Below, piece after piece: positions 54,295-64,000 of a DNA stretch of 64,000 nucleotides. Source of the stretch: Eledone cirrhosa (Eukaryota); contig OZ024754.1 in the NCBI GenBank assembly GCA_964016885.1, positions 24,366,001 through 24,430,000 of the forward strand, written 5' to 3'. Numbering within the stretch: the first letter of the stretch is position 1; each line of letters opens with the position of its first letter. The notes under the pieces were generated by a model. It was not told the DNA's origin, did not search any database, and saw only the letters and a list, made by a program, of their open reading frames with translations. The position numbers and the translations under genes are program-made.

Positions 54295-54480
54295 GAGGGA
54301 GAGAGAGAGAGAAGGTGAAGTTGGAAATAGCACGGAAAATATATTTCAGGGTCTGTTTTTCTTTTTTTTTTTTCCTTTCTTTGATTCGTCAAAGTGACAT
54401 TATTGAAAAAATGAGAGGGACAATTCTTTTCCGTGCCGTTTCCAACTTCACCTTTTCTCTATAACTACTGTATATATATA

Positions 54481-54823
54481 TTGTTATGCTTTGGGAGGGT
54501 CATGTTGCCAATAAGAAACACACGCACCAGTTGCTTTCACTTCAATTTATTATAAATTAAATTTATAAATTTAGGAATTTATAAATTTCCGGTTGGTTGG
54601 TTGGTTCCACAACCAGACGATTGTTCATATATTGTCAAAGTTCTTTCGTCACACATTCTGTGACCTCTTCAGTGACTGGGGATTCTTTTCTTTGTTTTTG
54701 TGCCTCTCTTTTGTTCTGACCTACGCCATCTTGTTTTTGTGTGTGTTCTCCTAAAGCATAACAATATCGGTTTCAACACACGTTTTCAGATAAAGAATCT
54801 TGCTAAACAAATTCAGAAACGAA

Positions 54824-54825
<2 letters not shown>
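54481..54825 (-). mobile_element. PLE family P1 remnant with inversion; hammerhead at 54634-54676 (-)
   Basis: 54481-54748 matches 1067-1345; 54750-54825 matches 3108-3180 in the opposite orientation. Confidence 0.8.
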
Positions 54826-54854
<29 letters not shown>

Positions 54855-54859
54855 ATAAA

Positions 54860-56050
54860 TGTTGTAGTTTGCCTGAAGCATTTTATATAATATATAACGT
54901 TGAAAAAGATAGAAGGCTAAACAATGCAAAATGGACTGTAAAGTGAGCTAACGAAAAGTACCTGGTAATCTTTGTTTTTCTTTTTGTTGTTGTTCTTTTA
55001 CCTGTCCAATATTTCGGGACCTAAAAGTCCCTTCATCAGGGTTTTAAGGAACTTTCAGTGGATAATGTTCCAGTTTCCTCTCTTTTGATTTTGATTTAAA
55101 TTTTTTATAAGTCGTTTTCAAGATTTTTTATGGTTATTTCGCTTTCCACGTGAATGACGTCAATTGCCAATATAGTATTTTTTTTTTTTGTATGAGATGT
55201 TTAGTTTGTGTGCCTATGGATGTGTCTTTTTATGTCAAGTACTGTGTGCTGAGTTCTAATATATTATTTATTTGCGGGTTGAACAAGGCTTCCTTAATTC
55301 TTAAGTTGCCCACATTTCTATTACTGGCTTTAATGGTAACAGTAATATGTTGGTTAATGTTTCTACATTTTCAATGTGTTTTTTTAATGAGGATGCGTGT
55401 GTGTTGAGGTGTTCTTTAATGCGAGTGTGGAGTGCTCGGGTCGTGCTACCAATGTAGAACTCCTTACATTTGTTGCATTTAATCCGGTATACCACATGTG
55501 TCCGCTGGCACATACCTGTATCGCGGATAGGGCAGTTAGTCAGCGAGCATTGGTTGTTGTTGTCTCTGGATTGCATTTTAGACAGGTATCCACGCAGTGA
55601 AGGGCCCGAGTGTGCTAACTGTACGTCCATTCCTTCTTTGCGTATAACTGTGGCTATGCTTTCACTGAAATGTGGTCATTTCATGAAGCAGATGTTAGAG
55701 GAGGGCCTATGCCTGTGGTGCCTTCGATTCTTAAGTCGATTCATTGTGGATGTTGTATATCCGTTCATCTTCAGTACATCTGTGTAGTGTGCCGTCTGAG
55801 TGATCTGGTCCTCTGTCTTGCTACATTTATTCCGGCTACGCGTAAGTTCATTTCTTATGTATCAGGTTTTAGCACCAAGGGGAAGGGCTGATCTATAATG
55901 CACAAACAGGTCTCTGCTGGCAGTTTTCTTATAGAAGTTGGTGTATATGATACCTTCTTCTGTTACTGTAAGTTGGAAGCCCAGCAGGGACAAAGAACCA
56001 TAAACATATATATCATTTGTTTCACTCATATAACTGTAGTTATGCTGAAG
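54860..56050 (-). mobile_element. 5'-truncated Penelope-like element (RT C-terminus, GIY-YIG, 3' UTR with hammerhead-like motif at 55001-55040)
   Basis: YTNFYKKTASRDLFVHYRSALP; HVVYRIKCNKCKEFYIGSTTRALHTRIKEH; CTGATGA-A-GGGAC(TTTTAG)GTCCC-GAAA. Confidence 0.85.
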
Positions 56051-56496
56051 CACACCATGTGTAACCCAGAATAGAGAAAGTTAAAAAAAAATCAGGCGAT
56101 TTTATACTTCTAACAATGTTTATACAAAGGCAAACAGAACACACAAAAAACACGAAAAATAAGAACAAAAAAATACGTAAACCTTTCTCAAGCTCCCCTA
56201 TTCATAGGATATAATAGAAGTATTTATATATCACACTGTGTGATAAATTTTGTTAATATATTTATATATCACACTGTGTGATAAATTTTGTTAATATTTG
56301 TGTCGTCAGAGAAGATAGAAATGTTGAAAGAAATGATTAGTGTGCAAAAGATTCCTCTTATCTTGGGTTTGAAATTACATTGAACTTGAAATATTATTAG
56401 CATAACACTTCATTTATCACCTGAATACTTACTCTTGTTATATATATATATATACAATAAAGGGCTTTAACATCTGAAACTACTTCGCATTTTCTT

Positions 56497-56544
<48 letters not shown>

Positions 56545-56680
56545 ATATTAATAAATGGAAACTATATTTATAAAACCATATTTATTATATATATTTCAAG
56601 GGCAACCAAGGCAAATTAGGGTGCGCTGTTATCAGACAAAATACAGATTTGTTTTATAAATAAATATTGACATAGCCGGA
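56545..56680 (-). mobile_element. PLE remnant related to 58756-58880, with degenerate hammerhead at 56581-56640
   Basis: Minus strand: TTTGT-CTGATAA-CAG(C)GCA...TGC(C)CTT-GAAA-TATATATA-ATAAA. Confidence 0.6.
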
Positions 56681-56822
56681 AAAAAGACAACCTTAACGGT
56701 TGGAGCTTCCTGGATAGTATTTACTCCACTAGCCTGTTGAGTGTTTTATATCAGTTATACAAATGTTTAAGCTTGTTGAATCCCAACGAGGGTACAAATA
56801 TTGGAAAAAGAAGTTAAAAATG

Positions 56823-56892
<70 letters not shown>

Positions 56893-56896
<4 letters not shown>

Positions 56897-57097
56897 CGAA
56901 GGAAATGTGGTAAGGAACCAGGTGGACCATAACGCACCAAAGTACTCAATACTTAGGGTAGTAGAGTGGGTAATAGGAACGAGTAGGACCTCGACGGCTG
57001 TGCTCAAGCCGTTTCGACGGCTAATTCTGGACATAATTAGCCGTCCAGAATTAGCCGTCGAAACGGCTTGAGCTCAGCCGTCGGGGTCCTACTCGTT

Positions 57098-57102
<5 letters not shown>
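56893..57102 (-). mobile_element. Hairpin-plus-tail element P4, copy 3
   Basis: Homologous to 46711-46908; a further fragment lies at 58690-58742. Confidence 0.8.
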
Positions 57103-57193
<91 letters not shown>

Positions 57194-57359
57194 TATGAAT
57201 AATAAATGAATCAATGAATATCAGCAAGAGTACCTTAATGGTTTTCTATTAACCTATATATATATACATATATTAATATGTGTAGAAGTAAACACAGTAA
57301 ACCCATGTCTAAAATTACGAGGGTAGATTACTGTGTTTACTTCTACACATATTAATATT

Positions 57360-58162
57360 ATAATTGTTTCTACTTTAGGCACAAGGCCAGCAATTACCCA
57401 GTGCATTACTGGTACTTTATTTTATCGACCCCCGTAAGGATGAAAGGCAAAGTTGACCTCGGCGGCATTTGAACTCAGATCGTAAAGGGACGTAACTATG
57501 CTGCAAAGCATGGCGTCCGACCCTCCACCGATACTGCCAATCCAACGCCCATACATAATAACGAATACATAATCAATAACGGTTTCTAATTTAAGCACAA
57601 GGCCAATAATTGGTGGGCTTGGGGCGATTAAATCGATTCTCTATACTTGAGCGATACATTAGTTTATCGACCCTAGGACGATAAAAGATAAGGTATTTTA
57701 TGTCACAACCAGTGACAACATACTTTACTAGACTTTATTATTGCTATTGTCATTGTTATTAGTAGTAGTAGTCATTTTAGGCTAAGTCATGAGTTTAAAT
57801 TCCGTCGAGGTCAGCTCTACCTTTCATCCTTACGAAGTCCATAAAATTAAGTATCAGTAATACAAAATTGTTGGCCTTGTGCCCAAAATTGTTGTCTTCG
57901 TGCTCAAACCAGAGAGTCGGACGCCATGCTTTGTAGCACAGTTATGTCCCCTTACGGACTGAATTCAAATCCCGCCGAGGTTAACTTTGCCTTTCATCCT
58001 TACGTGGTCGATAAAATAAAGTACCAGTAATGTACTGGGATAATTGCTGGCCTTGTGCCCAAAAGTAGAAACAATTATTATTATTCATCCTTACGGGGTC
58101 GATAAAATAAAGTACCAGTAATGTACTGGGTAATTGCTGGTCTTGTGCTAATAGTAGAAACA

Positions 58163-58165
<3 letters not shown>
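57360..58165. mobile_element. SINE cluster: 57360-57550 (-), 57580-57690 (-), 57790-57890 (+), 57910-58080 (+), 58084-58165 (+, partial tandem duplicate)
   Basis: Repeated TTTCATCCTTACGGGGTCGATAAAATAAAGTACCAG core and (ATT)n tails. Confidence 0.85.
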
Positions 58166-58207
<42 letters not shown>

Positions 58208-58230
58208 AGTAGTAGTAGCAGCAGCAGAGC

Positions 58231-58288
<58 letters not shown>

Positions 58289-58614
58289 TCCTGACTGTTC
58301 TCTCTTATAAAAAGGATTTCGAAAATGTTGGGTCAAACAGTAATCTCTTCTGATTAGTTCAGCAGTGTAGGCTTTACGTGTTAAGTCTGGTATTAGCTTT
58401 GATCATCGCTTGTGTTTAGTTCGCTCCACCTCGTCTGCTCTACGCCATTTTACAAAACGTTTTGCAAAAATACAAAATAGATATGCAAATGTGAAAGGGA
58501 AAAAATTGCAAAGTAAATAAGCAAATATACAAAAACATTATAGGAAACCAAGTGTAATTTAGAAAACCAAATATTGAACGTCTCTTAATTGTTTTAGAAA
58601 TCAAATTTATACAC

Positions 58615-58667
<53 letters not shown>

Positions 58668-58755
58668 CTGGTGGCTTAGTTCGGATCTAGCTGTTGAAAC
58701 GGCCGACGGAGCTCAGCCGTCGGAGTCCTGACTCTTTTCCTATATATATATATAT

Positions 58756-60820
58756 ATCAATAATATTAATAAATGGAAAATATCCTTATAAAACCATATT
58801 TATTTTATTATACATATTTCAAGGGTACCATTATTTTGGTACGCTTTCGTCAGATAAAATATAAAGATAATGACATATCGACATATGAACTTAATGTTAA
58901 TGTTATGAGTTCAATGCAGATAGTGGATAAATATTCAAAACTCAGGATAAATATGCTAATGAGGATAACGTTAAAACTGAAAAGGACCATTAAGTTTAGA
59001 CGCTAGATATATTTAAATAATTATACCAATTGTTTTTTTTTAAAAAAGAAGTATTCTATTAAAATTGAAGAAAAAAAAGCTACTTTCGGAATAAATATGC
59101 ATATATACATCCGAACATATTTACATGGGTATAAAAAGAATGAAATTATTATATTTATTTAATTTTATAATTTGGAAGTTTTTATAATAATGTATTAAAG
59201 TGAGAACTCTTAATTTAATATGTGAAAGATACCTTATATTTATATATACTATTGAATATATTTTACGGGTCTGTTTTAATATTATGATGAGTGCAGTTAT
59301 AAGTATAGTATATTGTATTATAAGAGATTAATTGTATACCGTTATTAAAACATTTATTTAGTACATAAATAGTTATGCGTGAATATAGATTTTGTTTACA
59401 TATAAAAACAGTTAGGATATGCCAAGCGAAGATATATATGCATTTTCTATATATAGCTTAAGAATGTGAAAATAATTATATTTTTATAGAGATGTATAAT
59501 ATTATGTATAATCTATTATTGCGTATGGTTAGAAATATAAATTTAAAAATTTAAATATTTATGTAAAGTTTGAATGTCTCGTAAAGGTGAAATGTAAACA
59601 AGTCTATATCAAAGGAAAAGATAATTCTAATTTTTATTAATTCAAAGAGTTTAAGTTATTTGAAGATATATAGTTACAATATAAGTAATATATATAGTTA
59701 CAATATAAGTAACAAATTTATATATGATTTCAGAGAACCATATAGTAAATATATTCAAGATATTAATAAAAAGATAACACTTTCTATGTATAGATTTTGA
59801 TAACAATAAGTATATCTATGTATAAATTGGATAATATTAAGTATTTGTATGTATAAATTTAAAAACTTATAAAAACCTTTAGGAAAACCTTTGAAAACCT
59901 TCAAAAACACCTTTAAAAACAACCGAAGACATATATATTGTAATTGTGCAACTTATAAAGGCCATGTGCAGTATTTTCTATAAATTATAAATATTTTTAA
60001 ATGTTCGAGAAAATCGATGCAAGCAAGAATTAAATATCTCCTTTTTTTTTGTTTATAGTATTGCTAGGATTGGTAATTATATGAAAAATTTCTTCAATAC
60101 AGAGATGACAAATTCTTGAGAGAGCCATATTCTGGTAAACAGGCGCTTTCGATATCCTTCACCATGAGATGGAATAGTCAGTATTATTGTCTTTTAAAGA
60201 CCAAATTAATTGAGATAATGAAATTGAAAATTTTTTGTCCGATCGTTTGAAGGTATGTTTATGATTATACCAACGGTCCTTAAATTTTGTAGAAGTAGCT
60301 CCTATATAATTATATAATCTATCTCTAGTTTTTATGGTTCATTTGTATACTAAATTTATATCTAGGCAATTATTCTGTAAAGGGCAAGATATTTTATTTC
60401 GGCAATTACATTTTCTAAAATTGTTGTTTAGAGAAACGGTATTATTATTATTATAATTATATGTAATGTTATTAGTAATATTGTTATTGCTATTAGGGTT
60501 TATTTGGGTTGAGTTTAATTTTAAATTCAATTTTAAAAAACAATTGGTATAATTATTTAAATATATCTAGCGTCTAAATTTAACAGTCCTTTTCAGTTTT
60601 AACGTTATCCTCATTAGCTTATTTATCCTGAGTTTTGAATATTTATCCACTATCTGCATTGAACTCATAACATTAAATTCATATACCGATATGTCATTAT
60701 CTATAAACCAAATGTTATATTTTATCTGACGAAAGCGTACCAAAATAATGGTACCCTTGAAATATGTATAATAAAATTAAGTTTTATAAGGATATTTTCC
60801 ATTTATTAATTTTATTGATA
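58756..60820 (-). mobile_element. Decayed Penelope-like element bounded by ~285-bp inverted repeats
   Basis: 58756-59040 pairs with 60533-60820. The minus strand encodes CNCRNKISCPLQNNCLDINLVYK and, after a disruption, IYIGATSTKFKDRWYNH (GIY-YIG). Confidence 0.75.
60721..60775 (+). ncRNA. Minimal type-I hammerhead ribozyme (mirror copy on - at 58804-58858)
   Basis: TTTAT-CTGACGA-AAG(C)GTACC[AAAATAAT]GGTAC(C)CTT-GAAA-TATGTATA-ATAAA. Confidence 0.8.
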
Positions 60821-61206
60821 TTATACCCCAGAAGAATACTGTTGAGTGCTTCTAATCTGTTATAAATTAACTTTGTTGAAGAATCAACAAAACAAATAAC
60901 TCATTGTTTATATATATATATCATCATCATCATCATCATTCGTCGACTACTGTCGAGATGATGGATCTCACTCTCATGCCCCAGAATTCCCTGTCCTCCA
61001 TCACCGCCCCAGATAATAGAGAAAGAGAAAGAGAGAGAGGGGGGAGAGCCATATATCGTCCGAGAAACAGTTTTGTACATAAAAAGAACATAATATTTAG
61101 AGAAAAATATGTACTTCAAGGTTGAACTGAAGTACGTACTTTTTCCTAAATATTATGTGCTTTATATATGTACAAAATATTATGTGTTTCTCAAAACATA
61201 ATATAT

Positions 61207-61337
<131 letters not shown>

Positions 61338-61462
61338 TATACATATAATCTTCTAATTTGAATTATTGATTCTCTGGGCAAAATATCCATTGAAAATATT
61401 CTACTGAGAAACATAAGTATCATATATATTATATATGTTGTATGTTGTGATACCTGAAATTA

Positions 61463-61548
<86 letters not shown>

Positions 61549-61550
61549 GG

Positions 61551-61650
61551 AAAAAATGAAACGAAATTTCATTTCTCACTCTTAGTACGGCTGTTACTTA
61601 AATATAACTATGTATACGTACATACATACATGTGTACAGATGTACAGTAG

Positions 61651-61690
<40 letters not shown>

Positions 61691-62183
61691 CATGCACACA
61701 TATATATATGTACGTATGGATTCACCGAACATTTATTATAATGCCCGGTGTGTTTGTAAACAAACATCCCGAATTAAGCCGTACAGTGTCTAGCAATCAT
61801 CGTTGCTCATTTGTTCAACACTGACAAAGGAACGCTGTACTAGTTTCAAGCTTATTAGCTATCGTCAGCAACGTATACATTCCTGCCAGATGATTGAACG
61901 TCTGAAAGTATATACTTTCCTTATGCATTTAACGGCTGAGCAGCCTAATTTGCATATCGAGTGAGTTAATCGGCCGGGCGCACCGAAAACGATAAACTGA
62001 AAAAATGAAACGAAATTTCATTTCTCACTCTTAGTACGGCTGTTACTTAAATATAAGTATGTATACGTACAAACATACATGTATACAGACGTACAGTAGT
62101 ATGTATATATATATATATATATATATATACATACATGCACACATATATATATGTACGTATGGATTCACCGAACATTTATTATA
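61551..62183. repeat. ~185-bp direct repeats (61551-61740 and 62001-62183) around a ~260-bp spacer
   Basis: AAAAATGAAACGAAATTTC...GGATTCACCGAACATTTATTATA occurs twice. Confidence 0.85.
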
Positions 62184-63141
62184 TATATATATATATATAA
62201 TGAAAGCTCCCTTAATCTCTCGAAAAGTATTCGGGTTGGATTGCTTTCTACAGTTGAAAACTGGTGTCAACTTTACATAGCTAACATGATTTAATTCTAG
62301 GTAAAGAAGTGGTTTGTTGATATTTTTATTCGATCATTTATCGATCTTATGATAAAATATCTACTTACATATAGAACATAAAAACATAACAGCGAGAACT
62401 ATTATCGCAGCAATCAACCAGAATACACACACAAACACAAACACACACATACACCCGCGCGCGTACACACACACACACACATATATATATATGTATATGT
62501 TCTTGTCTGATGACCTCGTAGTTGAAACTCCACAGTAACACGACAGAGTAACAGCCTTTATAAATACATATATACCTCTCAATAATATATATTATGGAGA
62601 GGTATATATGTATTTAGCATTTTTCTGCATTATTTGTATTTATTCCAATATACACCGTAGATATTATATATTCAATAAACATGTGATTGATCAGCCAAGC
62701 ACAAAATATCGCTGCAAGTCATCATTGCTTTAATCTTATTCTTCTTTTACGTAGATTTCAATATTATATTTGCTATGTTCAGCCCAAAATACCATTAACG
62801 GTTTTACATTGGGAACAAAATAAAGTAAAATAAAATAAAATAAAATAGACAAAATAAAAGGAAAATATACACGTACACAAACAAGAAACACTTCCAATTT
62901 TACAGGAGAGCGCTTGCTAATGATGCCTTCTCTTCAGTTTCTGCCAGATTCATCTGAAGGAGAGGGGACATAGAAGAGAAAAGGGGAAAAAGAGGACTAC
63001 TTGGGGGAAACTAAGAACAAAATAAGACTACATCAAAACGATCGGATTTCTCAAACACAATTTTAATAACACACATTATATGGACGAACCACCGTACACA
63101 ACATTACGCTTTTTCTCTTTCCCTTTGTCTCTCTCCCTTTC

Positions 63142-63267
<126 letters not shown>

Positions 63268-63644
63268 CAGACATGAACAAACATAGACAATGACAACAAG
63301 CACACATGGTAAACTAAATCATAGAAAACTATACAAATATCGTTGGATACTGTTCCCTTAAATAAATATTTGATGATAATATAATATTATATATTTGTCT
63401 TATCTGGTAAGCGCTGTTTGACATAAGGGAAGCTCTAACTAAGCTCCTAGCGTGCTAAAACCACAGCGCGGTTTCTGTTCAATTTAATTGCGCTATGAAA
63501 GCATGAACATCACAACATTGCAGGTATCAGCAATTTCTATCAAATTAAATGAAAATGTCTTTACTTTCGTAGTGTTCATGTGGAACAATTACCGTATCTA
63601 GGTGGAGCTGACAGCGTCTTATATGTTGATAGATTTTGACTAAA

Positions 63645-63950
63645 TATCCCAGTGTATTACTGGTACTTTATTTTATCGACCCCGTAAGGATGAAAGGCAA
63701 AGTTAACCTCGGTGGGATTTGAACTCAGATCGTAAAGGGCTGTAACTCTTTGCTTGCAAAGCATGGCGTCCGACCCTCTACCGATACTGCCAATCCACCA
63801 ATGGTTTCTAATGAGATCCCATGCTCAGCAACTTGCGATGAGAGGAAAGTCGATTATATCGATCCCAGTAATTGGCTGGTACTTTATTTTAACGACTCCA
63901 GAAGGTGAAAAGGCAAAGTTGACCTCAACGAGATTTGAACTCAGCACGTA
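63645..63950 (-). mobile_element. Two tandem SINE copies (young 63645-63800, older 63800-63950)
   Basis: Same core as 1701-1847. Confidence 0.8.
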
Positions 63951-64000
63951 AAGAACAGAATTGTAGAGGGCAAACAAATAAAATAATGTCTAACAAAAAT

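Overview
AT-rich, microsatellite-dense animal genomic DNA with no recognisable host gene. The repeat content suggests a coleoid cephalopod such as an octopus, which is inference only. Most track ORFs are microsatellite translations or antisense frames. The real coding content is decayed retrotransposon ORFs. (1) A ~28.7 kb pile-up (11160-39840) sits in (TAA)n tracts: R4/Dong-type RLE retrotransposons, always on +, alternate with Tx1/L1-type APE retrotransposons, always on -. (2) Penelope-like element (PLE) remnants sit in (TA)n tracts, including GIY-YIG fragments and 'fold-back palindrome plus tail' elements with minimal type-I hammerhead motifs. Several of these hammerheads, unrelated in sequence, share a C-C mismatch at stem II position 4. 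(3) There are many tRNA-derived SINEs whose 3' tail matches the Tx1 3' end. (4) A TIR-bounded telomere-like array is present. The strongest novelty candidates are an apparent retained GT-AG intron in the 5' UTR of both full-length Dong copies (0.9 kb in one, 2.56 kb and satellite-expanded in the other), the PLE hammerhead subtype, and a Tx1 ORF1/5'UTR module swap. Boundaries were read by eye and are approximate.
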